Shown: piece after piece, positions 49,777-62,300 of the stretch
Layout: every line of letters starts with the position of its first letter
Numbering within the stretch: position 1 is the stretch's first letter
Assembly (NCBI GenBank): GCA_013265495.1
Contig: MU058451.1
Span: forward strand, 2,785,305-2,849,304
Reading direction: 5' to 3'
DNA from: Vicugna vicugna
Taxonomy: Eukaryota
Length of the DNA stretch: 64,000 bases
The notes under the pieces: generated by a model
The model's input: only the letters and a program-made list of their open reading frames with translations
What the model was told of the DNA's origin: nothing
Database searches by the model: none
Made by a program: the position numbers and the translations under genes

Positions 49777-50349
49777 TCCTCTTTATCTTTTGCTCTGAGA
49801 AGTTTGTGGCTTGTCTAGCTGTGGGTGCACATGCATTTGTGGATGAATGGTTGGGTCTTTGTGCCTGACATCCATGCAGCTGCTGCCCGTCCTCTCACAC
49901 CTGCAGGGAGACTCTCATCTCCTGCCCCGCCCCTAATCTTTCTGTGAGCCCTTGGTGGGACCCATGGAGAACAACTTGAGAGTTATGTGCAAACTTCCTT
50001 TAGTGTGATGGGCCCCAGCTATTGCAAACTGCCACCCTAGCCCGCATTTGGCCTTTAGGAGTTCATTAAAGTCTACCTGATTTTTCTCACCTATCGGCAT
50101 GATGGTCACCTCTTCCTCCTACACTTTGCCAGAGGTGAGACAGTTCATGAAACCATTTTTCCTCGGACAGGATTGTTTCTCTTTCGCATTTGGTTTACTT
50201 GTTTGTCTTGTGTTCTCAGCTTGTGATAAACTCAAGAAACAGGGGTTTTGTAGGTTTCTTGGCCTTTTCTCCTTGTTAGAGGAGGAGGAGTGATGTTCTT
50301 TGCAGCCTTCTACGTCCTAAGCAACACAAAGGAAGCAAAAGAAGGCTGC

Positions 50350-50800
50350 TTCAGCCAGAGTCACCTTTAAAATATGTAAATTCAACTGTCCTCTGCTTAA
50401 AATCTTCTGATTGCTTCCTGTCTCGCTGAGAATATGATCCAAACCCCTTACTTCTGCTTACAAAACCCTGGAGGATGCGGCTCATACCGACCTTGTTGAC
50501 CTCATCCTCCACTCTCCCTTTTCCTTACTGTGCGCCGGCCTATTTTCAGTTCCTGAAACACACCAAGTTACCCCTGCTTTAGGGCGTTTAGCTTAGTATC
50601 AATCTTCTCTTTGGATGTTTTTCTTTCTGATTTAAATGTCCAGCTTTCTTCTTTTTTAAGTCAGGCAGTGACTTAAATGACTGTCCCTTCCCCAGAGAAA
50701 CCTTTTCTGACTATTTCTTCAAAGAAGCTGCCCAGTCAGTTGTTTTTCTATTGAGTTATTTTCAATCTTTGCTTTGCATTTAACACTGAGATTTTCACCT
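50350..50800 (+). mobile_element. L2 LINE fragment
   Basis: cagccagagtcacctttaaaatatgtaaatt...ctctgcttaaaatcttctgattgcttcc...tccaaacccctta. Confidence 0.65.
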
Positions 50801-50849
50801 TTATTGATTTATTGTTTTTTTTAAACATTAGTAATGCTTTAAACCTGGG

Positions 50850-53045
50850 TAAGCAATTAAATTAAGATTGTTATCATTTATATATAAGCATATTTTGGAA
50901 TCGACATCTGTAATTAGTTAATATCTGCATCCTTTCCCTAAACCAGATAAGAATAGAGCCCACTTTTACGTCCACCGTCCTTTCCCAAACATTCCTGTCA
51001 CAGTCCCACTTTCCTCCACTTCCCTAGCCACTGTTTTCCACGTCAACATCATTTGGAATTGTCACTTAGCAGTAAAGTTTTTTAGCTTTTCTTCACCATT
51101 TTAGAAGTATTACTTGTTTCTCTTGGGTTAGATTTGTTTATTTGGTTTTGCTCGGGGCTGATTTTCCTATATTCTTTCAGATCATAAAATGTGGATGGAA
51201 AACTTCCTGAATCTTTGCATGTTTGCAAGTTTGTTATTTCTTAATGATACTGTGACCAGATGTAGAATTTCAAAATCATAATTATTTTACCACATAAAAC
51301 TGAAAATACTTCATTAGTTTTGCATTCATTATTGTCTATGGGAAAAGTATAGATAATCTGATTTTTTTGCTCAATAAGAATATTTTAATGTAGTTTTTTC
51401 TCCATCTTGATAATTAAAAAACAACTTGAGTATGTTCTGCATAATATGGCATTTGAGTATGTGGAATTGCTAAACAGTCCCCTTGTAGTAGTAAATTTGA
51501 ATTCTACTGACTTTTTTTTAAATCTATTTTTATGACAATCTGATTGTTATTTCTTTGTAGATAATCTCCACCCCCAGGCACTGAATTTCAACTTGGTGTA
51601 TTTGTATACTTTCATTCATCCCCGACATTTGTTCTTTATTTTTATTTTATTTTTTAGTTTTTTTTTTGTTGTTGTTGTTGTTGTTGGTGAAGTATAGTAG
51701 CTGTACAGAATAAGTTACAGGTGTACAATATAGTGGTTCACAATTTTTAAAGGTTATGCTCCATTTATAGTTACTATAAATCATTGACTATATTCCCTGT
51801 GTTGTACAGTATGTCCTTGTAGCTTATTTCATACTGAATAGTTTATACCTCTTAATCCCCTGGCCCTGTCCTGCCTCACCCCCTCCTCTCTCCCCATTGG
51901 TAACCACTGGTTTCTTTATATCTGTGAGCTGCTGGACATTTGTTGAACCCGTTTACTCTGAAGATACTTTTATCTTTTCTGGAAATCTTTTTATTTCTAT
52001 GAGTATTTCTTCTCTCTGTTTTCTCTTTTTGGAATTCCTATAGGCAGATGTTGGAACTCTTGAATCTTTTTTTTTTTTTTCATATTCACCTTTTGTTTGT
52101 CCTTTTTGAGCTGTGTTCTGGGAGGATCCTCAGTTGTATCTTCTAGCTAAGTAATCATCCTTCAGTTACATCTTTTCTGCTATTCAGCACATTTATTGAG
52201 TTTTTAAAATTTTTTCAGTAATTACAATCTTCCTTTCCAAGGCCCCTCATCTTTGTTTATAATAATGTGCTTTTGTTAAAAGGAGACATCACCTTCTTGC
52301 TCCTCCGAGGATGTTAACTACAGGTACCCCACATACTTCTTTTACAGTCTCATTTGTTATCTTTGTTTCTTTGGATATTAGTTTATCTGTATGGTGACCG
52401 TGGTCCCTTTCATTCAGAGGATTATTTTTCCTTAAATATTTGCCAGGTTTGCATGCTCATTGGAATCTGAGCTCGTAGGTTTGTCTGTCTCTGCCTTATC
52501 TGATTACCTGGCCTGTTTCCAGGATTCCAGGCAGAGATGTGGCCGTGGCCTCCTGGGTGATGGGGAATTCCCCTTCCTTCTGGGTGGCAGTGAATACTGT
52601 CCCAAGTCCTGACTATCAGGAGTGACATCTTCCTGGTTGTACATTGCTCCTATCTTGGGACAGAAGCCTCTCCTGAACCTACCTGGTACAAGCAGATGGA
52701 CAAAGGGTTCAGAGTACCTCAGCCAATCACCCTTTTGGTTGACCCTGGATCCTCTCTTGTTCTTTTCATCTATTGTCTATCAATGTGGAGCCCAAAGATA
52801 CTCTCATCAGTTCTCACTCCATCAGTTCTCTCTTTTGTCTCTTTTGGCTGTTACTTCTTCCTTCAATATAAACTCATCTGCCTTTAATTTTTTAGGAATT
52901 TTAATAATTTCTGTTCTGTTGAGGGCACCACATCTTATTTTCCAGTACTGTTTTCAATTAAATATTTTTTTCTTGTCATTTATGGGGATTTGAGATGAGA
53001 AAAAGGTTTTAGGGTGCTCTTAGTTTGCAGCCTTGATCTGATCTC
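50850..53045 (-). mobile_element. Ancient HAL1/L1M-like fragments
   Basis: T-rich degenerate L1 ORF1-type antisense motifs (ggaattcctataggcagatgttggaactcttgaatct) and a HAL1-like 5' end near 53000. Confidence 0.5.
51634..51934 (-). mobile_element. L1 3' end
   Basis: tgaagtatagtagctgtac...gtggttcacaatttttaaaggttatgctcc...; TSD gacatttgtt; tail partly converted to (GTT)n. Confidence 0.88.
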
Positions 53046-53122
53046 CTCCTGGTCTATTGTAAAGCATGTTAACCCAGTTTAAAGGAAGTACACCCATGTA
53101 TCTGGCAAGTGATGTTCATTTC

Positions 53123-53895
53123 TGTTACCAAACCAATCTTGGATCCGCTTGCTCGTGGGCACAGTAAAGCCGATGTACTGACACTGGGTTGTGGTGAAGG
53201 AAAATGCAGCATTTATCATAAAGGCGCCAATACAAAGAGAAGGGGTGGCCCATGCTCAAAACCTCGATGTCCTTGAAGGATTTCAGCAAAGCAATTTTAG
53301 AGGCCATAGGACGGAGTGGTGTCTCAGGGTATGTGGATCAGCTCATGCACAGTTCTCTGATGGGTTGATGGTGAGGTAACAGGGCAGTGTCACAGGAGTT
53401 AACATTATCAGTCCTTAGGTGCCAGTAGTTCTTGGCGCTCGTGGTCATCAAATAGTTAATTTCTTCCATTTGGTGGGTGTTTTAGCATCTGCAGAACAAC
53501 TCAGGAAGTGTGCATCAGATATTTAGGTATTTCACAGACTCACAGACATAGAAAATAAACTTGTGGTTACAGGGCGGGGGAAGCAGGTGGGAAGGGATGA
53601 ATTGGGAGTGCGAGATTTGCAGATACTGACTACTACATATAAAATAAACAACAAGTTTATACTGTACAGCACAGGGAGTGATATTCAGTATCTTGTAGTA
53701 ACCTATAATGAAAAAGCATATGAAAATGAATATATGTATGACTGAGGCATTGTGCTGTACACCAGAGATTTACACATTGTAAACTGACTATACTTCAATT
53801 AAAAAAAAAAGATATCTAGGTATTTCAGAGAGGAGCAGGGGATATGGCAGAGTGGTCTTTCCTAGGAGGGCCCCATACAGTCCTGCTCAGTTACA
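53123..53895 (-). mobile_element. Solo LTR (ERV1-like by its 4-bp TSD) carrying a nested L1
   Basis: TGTTACC...GTTACA termini; TSD tttc (53119-53122 / 53896-53899). Confidence 0.8.
53535..53809 (+). mobile_element. L1 3' end with poly(A), nested in the LTR
   Basis: cagactcacagacatagaaaataaacttgtggttac...tacttcaattaaaaaaaaaa; TSD agatat(t/c)taggtatttca (53517-53534 / 53810-53827). Confidence 0.92.
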
Positions 53896-54784
53896 TTTCT
53901 ACCTCTGAATACTAGTGGAAATTATGCTGTGAGTTTATGTAAAATATATTAACATTAATTTCCTGCTTGTTAATACCTTTAGTATGGCCCTCTAAAAAAA
54001 TCCTGAGAAATACCAGTTCTAAGATAGGAAAATGGAGGCTCAGAGAGGTGAAATAACTTACCCAGAGTCTGCCAGATAGCAAGAGACAGGCAGGATTCAT
54101 ACCTGTGTCTTGTCATGATGACAGCTTCCTTCCATTAAAGACAAAAGGTAAGAATAATGAAGGATGTCCTCACTGGGGGATGCCAACAAAGCATAGTTAG
54201 CACTCATTAGAGTGGATTCTGTTAGAAATCCTGAAATCAAGAATTATTGATTATCATGGATAACTTGTCAACAGATCACTGAGCTGACAGCATTTTTTGA
54301 TTCCATTTTGTTGTGTTGTCAATAAGATTTAACCTTAGAGGAATTTGTGAACTGCTGGCGCTGTTTCAGTGGGCAGCGCACATAAACGGGGTGCACATAT
54401 CGGTAAACATCTCCACAGTGTTGGCAAATTAGAGGTGCTATTTTGTATTGATATTTCTCATGGCTTTCAGCTGAGGTTTATTTTCATATAAGCAGTAATT
54501 ACAAAGAATGAGTGCCTGCGAGGGTAAATGTAGTTATGCTGGTTAAAGAGCATTATATGTATTGTGTGGCAGGCTGTAATTATTTATTTCACAGGAAGCA
54601 AGAAGTCTTTCTCAGCAGTTGTGATACACAGGGTTCAGGTCAATAAAGGCAGAGACTGTAGACGATTTAAGCTTTTGTAAGTCTATGTTGTATTGTTCAA
54701 GAGGCATTTTTGGAGAATCTACCATAATAAACATTTGGGAAATTAAAAGATAGGTACAGAAATAAAAAATACTTAGTATTTTAG

Positions 54785-54924
54785 ATTTTAGTTTTGTGTG
54801 GGACAGGGAAGTAATTAGGTTTTTAAATTAATTAATTAATTATTTTTTTAAAAAATGAAGGCACTGGGCATTGAACCTTGTGCATGCCAAGCATGTGCTC
54901 TACCACTGAGCTATACCCTCCCCA
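54785..54924 (-). mobile_element. Vic-1-like SINE
   Basis: gtaattaggttt...gcactgggcattgaaccttgtgcatgccaagcatgtgctctaccactgagctataccctcccc. Confidence 0.85.
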
Positions 54925-55182
54925 CAAAACCTTGTATTTTAGCTGAGAAGTTTTAAAGACATAAGTGCCAGAAGACTGAAAAATAAGAATGTTGTCGGAG
55001 TGCAGTGAGGTCCATCAGGAGCTGGGTGGACAGTGGTATTGAGACCCAGTGGAACAACCTTCTTTGCTGTTTGGTTTCTTTGATGTGGAGTGAAGTAAAA
55101 TGTGACCTACCTCCCAAGGCTGTGAGTTAAAGATGCAAATTCTTTAGCATTCACTTTCAACCAATTGTTTGAGAGAAGTTTC

Positions 55183-55325
55183 TTTTTTTGTTTGTTTGTT
55201 TTGTTTTGTTTGCGGGGAGAGGGAGTGTAATTAGGTTTATTTTTAGAGGAGGTACTGGGGATTGAATCCAGGACCTTGTGCATGCTAAGCATGTGCTCTA
55301 CCACTTGAGCTATACCCCCTCCCCA
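55183..55325 (-). mobile_element. Vic-1-like SINE
   Basis: gaggtactggggattgaatccaggaccttgtgcatgctaagcatgtgctctaccacttgagctatacccc; flanks share aagtttctt. Confidence 0.88.
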
Positions 55326-55694
55326 CTGAGGCAAGTTTCTTAAACCAAGCACACACACTCTTCTCACTCCGCTTTCTGGGTTCCTCCCTGCCCCAAGACC
55401 AGCCTCGGTGGCCGATGTCAGGGCAGACCAAAGGAGAAGAGCCGGAAGAGCCATCTCTGAGGGGCATTGGAGTCAGTTGTTGCCTTCTTTGGGGCTTTGG
55501 TCCAGATGGGATAGGACTCATATGTAGATGATGCTGTGCCTAAAATTTAAAGTTCCAAAGTAGTGAGCGTGTGTCACCTTCATGACTGTTCATGCTCTTT
55601 TGCGTGGCCTTTCTCTATTTAGGGAAACCTCTCTTATAATGACTTTTTACCTCCCCAAAATAGAAGTAGACGCAAATTTCAAATCTTTTTGCAG

Positions 55695-55911
55695 GGAGGA
55701 TGCAGGTACAGGACCGGGACTCTGCAGTCAGATGCATCTGCATGAGTCTGCAGTTCATATGTGAAGAACATGAGAAAACATGCTGGGAGTGGAGCCTTGA
55801 TTTTTGGTGGCCCTGGTGGTTGTGGCAGCATTTCCTGCCAGTGCTTAGCGCAGTGCTGGTTTCCTCATCTGGCTTGGTCTGTGGTTTGAAGTTGGGCTTT
55901 GTTTTTAAAAG
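55695..55911 (+). other. Candidate 217-nt exon
   Basis: Acceptor tctttttgcag and strong donor AAG|GTGAGT. The open frame (ORF 55700..55915) is not recognisable. Confidence 0.3.
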
Positions 55912-57079
55912 GTGAGTCTTGCATCTCATTCTACAGACCTCCTAGCAATTTATGTGCTACCCAGTAACTCATGAATATTTCAGAGTCGTCATAGAAGGTG
56001 ACCCAGGTGGTTGAGGGCAAAGGAAAGCGTGTGTTAAACAGAATATCTCACTACAGTAGGCACAGTATAAGCTGCTCAACAAAACACCACTATTATGTAC
56101 CATCTGCAGAACGTGGAGATACTTGTTGGGCAGAGCGATTTACTGTAATGATACCTGGCATTGTGAAATTTCAGTGTTACACTCTGTTACTCCGCTGCTT
56201 CACTTTGGTGTATCTTCTGTAAAGTTTCCTATTTAGAATCCTCCATGTAAACGCAGATGATCTAAGGGTTTGACTGAAGAGAGGGTAACATTGTATTGGG
56301 CACAGACATGAGTCCCTATGGGATGAATCTCATAGACACATTTGGATCGAGTGGTTAAACGTTTCTATCCTGACATTCTTCCCTCCAAAATCATGTGACA
56401 GCCTCTTGTCCTCTCTTGTGCTAAGACTTCATTCTTCTTCCTGATTTTTAGGACCCCTAGCAATCCACTCCTCCCTTACTTATCGGTCATCATGCCCCTG
56501 CTCTTTATCTCAGCTTCCAAGTTTCCACATGGTTATTTTACTTTTTAACCCAGAGTGAGTCCTGTTGGGATTGATTTGAGAGGAGGCCAATGGGCAGTTA
56601 GGAATGCAAAGCAAATTTAAGTGCTGATCTAATCTGTCAGAATTCTGAGTAGCCCAAGAATTTCTTCAGTCACCTCCCAGCTCTTATTTGGTTAAGGTTT
56701 TTTCTTGATACCAAATGCCAACAGTCTACACACTACTGCTCAGCGGGCCTAGACACCCACCCCCAGGCGTCCCCCACTTTTCTCTTTCTGACCTCAGTTC
56801 CATCCAGAATATCCCCAGTGCATCACTGACTTGATCACTTTGCTCCTGCTTCGGGGGCACCACTCACACTGGAGTCCCTGGGAGTGGTGCTGGTCTGTGT
56901 ACCCGGAGGGTGCCGGGGCCCCTGGGCCCTAGGGGTTGCTTTCCTCTCTCATTTGCACGTTCACTTAGGCCTTTTCCACGGAATTGGTCCCACAGAAGGG
57001 GTTTTAGGTTTCCTGGCTGATTGTGAAGGAAGTATTTTTTGAATGGGGCCAGTCTTCTCAGAAGCAGCAGGATTCTGCA

Positions 57080-57320
57080 GTTCGGAAGTATATGGGCTTA
57101 GGAGCAAACCTGTGAGTTTAAATCCTGACCACCACTTAAAACTGTGTAACAGGGACAGATGGCCTGCTCTTTGTGTCTCCGTTTCCTCTTCTGAAAAGTG
57201 GGGATAGTAACAGTGCTTAGCTCCCTGGGTTGCTGTGAGGATTAAGTGGTTTAATGTGACAAAGCTTTGAAAGCAGTGTCTGTTTGTATAGTAAGCACTC
57301 AGAAACCTTAGCTGTTGTTA
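57080..57320 (+). mobile_element. MIR SINE
   Basis: gagtttaaatcctgaccaccactt...gtttcctcttctgaaaagtggggatagtaacagt...gttgctgtgaggattaagtgg. Confidence 0.8.
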
Positions 57321-58449
57321 TTTGCTTGGTCCTTTTTATACCACAAGCAGCCTCCTTTCTACACCACGTGTAGTTTCCTGCTTTCCAGGAGTTGCTGGCT
57401 GTTTCTGGTCCAGGTATTACTATTAATTTGGCTACAAAGAGGAGAATAACTTAGTAGCAAGTTTTGGTTTAATTGTGTTCCTGAATTACACACAACTTTG
57501 GTAATAATTCTTTGCTTTGCTCTGTTCTGTTTGGCAGACCCTGAGGAGGTTCACAGGAGGATGAAAATTAATTTGATGGAATTTGTTCCCTTTTGTCATC
57601 AGCGTTCTTTGGAACATCTTCACTTAGAGGTTATAAAATGATGTTCCTAAAGTCAGTCTAGAATATTGGTGGAAAGACAAGCATCAAACCTTCCCTCTGC
57701 CCTGAAACTGGGACCCTAGACTCTAGATTGACATTGTGGGTGACCTTTTATTTTATGGTAAATGCTTTCACTTAGGCTTGGCCTGATTGATACCTTGCCC
57801 AACCTTTACAGTGCTTCCTTACGCGCTGATGTAAGCAGCATGGATTTGAAGAAGAAATCAGGAACTTCCTGCATCATATTAAACCTTAAAACCAATCAGA
57901 AGCAGACCTAGTCAGGTCTCTGCAGACTGCATTTTATTGACAATTTGTTTGCAAGAGATCTGGCTCTGATTTTTAAGTTTATGTTAATTATGGAATGCTG
58001 TCTGATGTCAGAGGGTGCAGACCGAATATTTAACCCATTTTTAAAAAGCAGGTCAAATTCAGCATCTGGAGGATAACTTGCAATTTGGTTGAACTTAATT
58101 GAACAAGTTTAATGTGAAATTCAATAAAAGGGGTCAGGAATATTCTAAGTTTAATATTCTGAGATAAATGGCCCAGGGCTCTTGTCAGTTGTCTATTAAT
58201 GCCACGTCCGAGAAGGTTCCTGGGTTTCCTTTCCCCCCCCCCCAGAGTGTATCTCTCTTGTTAAAAGAAGATTGTGCCGAATCACTCTTCTTGGTACTTC
58301 TTTAGAAAAACATTAAAAAAAAAAAACCCAGTGGTCTCTCCACTATAAGAAATGAAATTTGCTGAACTGCAGTAGAAAGAATGTAGATTATAGAAGGGGT
58401 TCGAGTTCACCCCTTCCAGGAAAAGAAAGAAGAGAGGCAGAGGGAGAGT

Positions 58450-58690
58450 GACTTAAGTCATGTCCCCAGAAGCGGACCCGGAGAGAAAGTTCACGTGCAA
58501 GTGATGTAGTGAAGTTAGCAGCCAGGGAGACAGGCGAGGAGGTGGGGCATCAGCACATGGAGGGAGCCCGGAGAATAGCCTCCCCCCACCCCCTGACCTA
58601 GAGGGAGCTCTAGGGTACAGGTTGTGTTCCAGAGTTGTCCCAACCCAGAGCAAGGCTGCTGAGGCTTTCATGCTCTGGCCCTATTAGCTA
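58450..58690 (-). mobile_element. ERVL LTR fragment (LTR16/33-like)
   Basis: gtccccagaagcggacccggagagaaagttcacgtgcaagtgat...gggagctctagg...cagagttgtccc. Confidence 0.55.
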
Positions 58691-60536
58691 TTGATAAGGA
58701 CCACGAGGGGGAGGGGGCTGGGCGTGGGGGACAGAAATTCTCGGACACTTCCACTTCCCAGGTATGCGAGCAAAGCGGGCTCTGGTAGCACTTTCAGAAA
58801 AGACCCTTCGTTGCTGGCTGTTGAAAGGAAAAGCCAGGGACCTGGCTTATGCACAAAATGATAGAAAGGGACCCAAGGGGACCTGGGCACAAGCGTTGAC
58901 CTTGTCCACTCTGGAGAAGGAAAGGAAAAGTACTGGGGTGCCTGTACTTTCTCCCTGCTTCCTCCCTCCCTGGGCCACGCTTCAGTGGAGGCGGGCTCTA
59001 GTAACATCTGGAGATGAGAGAGACCTGCAGGGTAGAGTCAGGGCTAGGGTTCAGCCCTGAGCCTCCTTTGTCTTCCATAGAGCGGGAGAGATGTCTGCAC
59101 GTCCCCACGTGCAGGTGGACTGCAGTGGGTCAGGGCCGACTGGGGGGGCAGCAGACCCCAGGGTGCAGCATGGTTCCTAGGGGAACCATGCTGAAGCAAA
59201 GGAGCCAGCCAGGTCATAAGGCCAGGGGCGTGAGATGTCGGTGAAGTTGGTCTCGGGTGGAAGGCATCAGCGGAGTATAGATAAGGCCAGCTGGAGGGGT
59301 CCCTTTCCTGTTCTCCTGCTGTTCTTGTCTGGGCTGCTGTTTGAAAGACTCCTCTCTTCCCTGGGCGGCGACAAGCTCCAGGGCAGGGCCTGGAGGAGGT
59401 GAGACAGGGAATCAAGTGCTAGTTCTAGACTTGAAATTCAAGGTGAGAGGTGAATGGGGCTTCAGAAATCATCAGAGGAGGAGGGGGCAGGCAGATGCCC
59501 AGCTGCGCACAAAGGGTGAAAGAGCTGTAGGCTGCATCTCCTGCACGCCTTGGGGGCTGGCGGCCAGGACGGTGAGGAATGAGGTTAGTGCGTTGCCTCT
59601 CGTGTCCATTTTTGCAAAGCCTTCCTCCTCCTGTTGACCTTGGATGCCTTGATTGTAAAACTCTGACTCCTTGACCATGGCCCGCTTCACCTGAGGCAGA
59701 ACCCTTCCCACATCTCCTTTCCATGGGGCTCCGAGGTCTGCTGGCTGGCTTTCTAGCTAATTAACAATAGGGTATTAATCCCTTCATCTCGCGCCCATAG
59801 CTTAGTGGGCTCCCTTTCCCGAGATTATTTGTAGAGGAGATGGGTACAGGTCCTTTATCTTTGAAAAGTCATTTAAACATTTTCTTGCTTGTTATAAAAA
59901 CACTTCAGGCTTATTTTAGAAAATACGTACGTAGGAAAAGAAAGAAAAGAAATACCAACAATTCTACAACCCAGAGAAAACCACTGTTTACATTTTGGTG
60001 TAAGTTCTTCTCATCTTTTTAATCACTAGATAAATATTGAAGATATATATATCCCAAGATATATACCAATTTACTTGTATTTTAACAGAGGATGCTGAGG
60101 GAGCAGGCAAAGTTCTCAGCCAAAGGACTGAATGAGTGCCAGTGAGATCTGTGTTAACCCCTCTGCTTCCATCGACTCTGTCACTGAGTGGAGCCGGAGT
60201 GAGCCAGGCAACAGTGACTGTACCCCCTAGACCTCAGCCTTAGACAGGTTAGGTTTTTGGCTCCGAGCCTCAGAAAGCAGGCATTGCAAAATAAAGATGT
60301 AGGGAAGGCAGGTGGGAGCTAAGGTTGGAGCACCTCCAGCCTGGGCTCCCAATAGGTTTTCTTGCCTGGAAAGGAACCCGAGTTAACTTCTGTTCAGCTG
60401 GCAGCTGAGGCCCTCTGAACTTGCTTTTGTTCGTATACTAAGGTGTCTAAGTCTTAAAGATCCAGAAACCCTTAAGACAATGCTTGAGCCTTTTGTGGAC
60501 GTCACAATTCACTGTGTTCAAGGAACAGGCAGATTA

Positions 60537-60911
60537 TGTAGCACAGGCTGGGTCCTCCAGGAAGCAGACTCAGGGATGGAGTTTAGTGAGCAAAACATTG
60601 ATTGGGAAGCCCTCCAGACAGTCACACCCGTGGAAGGGAGGGAAGGAAGCAGGATTGGGAAGAAGGTGGTGAGTTGTGATGCGTGCTGACTGCCTCATCG
60701 ATGCTCACTAGGGCTCTGATGTTGGGATGGCCCCTCAGTTATCCTGTGTTGGGCCAAGATGGCCTGTCCCCTTCTTACTCCCTGAGTCACTGAGTGTGAG
60801 CAGCCCCGGAAGAGGTGTGATCTTGGGGGAGGCAGCTCTCTGCAGCTGAGCCAAACCCTGAAGGAGCTGTCCTTTGGTTGGGAGCTGGACAGTTCATCTC
60901 AGTGTCCATCA
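60537..60911 (-). mobile_element. ERVL solo LTR, LTR16-like
   Basis: tgtagcacaggctgggtcctccaggaagcagactc...gaaggaagcaggattggg...gggatggcccctcag...gaggcagctctctgcagctgag. Confidence 0.75.
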
Positions 60912-61099
60912 CCTTATGTAGGTGGGATTAAGACAAAATGGTGTGCAGGGGAGGATGGTGAACTTGTGGAGTGGGGTCTGGATTATGGCCAAAGCCATTC
61001 AAATTTAATTTATGAAAGTATCATGCTGGTTAAGCAAAACACATTTTTCAGGTAGATTGTAGACTTGTCCTCTTGTTTAGAACCTCTCTGCTCCAGAGA

Positions 61100-61290
61100 C
61101 AGGCAGTGTCCCAGCTCCAGCACTTGCTGGTTGCAGGACCTAGGACAAGATAATCTCCATATGTGCCAGTTGACTCATCTGAAAAAATGGGGATAAAAAT
61201 TACACCTACTTAAAAGATTTGTTATGAGAATTACATGTAATCCATGTAAAACACTACACAGTGCCAGGCATATTGCTAGCAATAACAAGA
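61100..61290 (+). mobile_element. MIR SINE
   Basis: cccagctccagcacttgctgg...ctcatctgaaaaaatggggataaaaat...gttatgagaatta...acagtgccaggcatat. Confidence 0.78.
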
Positions 61291-61429
61291 CATGTTATTT
61301 GCTTTTATAGTAGTTATGATACTGGTTGTTACTTTCAGATTATCCCGAAGTTCCTGGTGTTGATGACTCTGTGACCCTCAAGTTTTAATCTTATCGGCCA
61401 CCCCTCCTGGCCTCACAACTTGTTCTCTT

Positions 61430-62300
61430 TGCCTAGTGGGTTTTCCCATCTGATTCCAGCTAGTGAAAGTCAGTGTCCCCAAACAGAACTGATGACCCGT
61501 GTCTCTTTCCTAACCCCTGGCTTTCCACACTCACCATCTCTCAAATCAGACTCTTCATGTCTTTCCGAGTCACTCAGCTTGGAATCTCTAGAGCTACCCT
61601 TCGTGTGTTCCTTCCTCTCCCTTTCTTCCCAGATTCCATTAGTTACCAAGGCCTCCCTGCCAATTCCATCTTTTCCCCAAGAGTTTCTGAAACCCTCCTC
61701 TTTTCCGTGCCTGATTTTGGGTCTCATCCTTGTAGCCATTCTTGATGGACTCAGTTCCTTTTTCCAGATGGAGCTAAGGAGATGATTTCAATGTATGACT
61801 ACAACGACCCCCTCATGGCTTCTAGCAGAAGTGCTAACCTCAGACTGCTTCTCGGGATCTGGATTTGACCTACACTCCAAGCCTTGTCTTTTGCCACCTC
61901 CCCTTGCGAGTCCCAGCTGCAGTGCTGATCTGTCTGCAGTTCCATGACTGTGCCTTTGCCTCCATCCTTGCCCATCCTCCTAGGGAATTTTAGTGTATCC
62001 ATGAGTTCTTAGTTCATATATCACCTCCTCTGTGATGTCTCCCCTGACCCAGTTCAGACTTAGGCATTCTCTTTTTTACAACTCTTTATCATTCATCTAT
62101 TTAAATTTTACTTAAAAAAATACTGAGTTTCCATCAAATGCCAAGCAAACTGATCAGTGCAGCTTTTATGTTGAGTTATTTGTTTCATGTGTAGCTAGTA
62201 AACCTTTGAGGGCTGGGCACTGGCTTTCTTGATGTGGTTTTCCTAGGATCTAGGTTAGCTCCCTGCATGTAGTACGTGCTCAATAAATACTGACTGTATA
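61430..62300 (+). mobile_element. L2 LINE fragments
   Basis: Degenerate L2 body ending ctttgagggctgggcactgg...gtagtacgtgctcaataaatactg. Confidence 0.55.

Noticed and set aside
55250..55325. tRNA-like sequence (also the other six copies)
   Set aside because: SINE heads with A-rich tails, TSDs and indels, not tRNA genes.
58684..59724. GC-rich stretch with several 76-123 aa ORFs
   Set aside because: Overlapping on both strands with no coherent exon structure or known motif.
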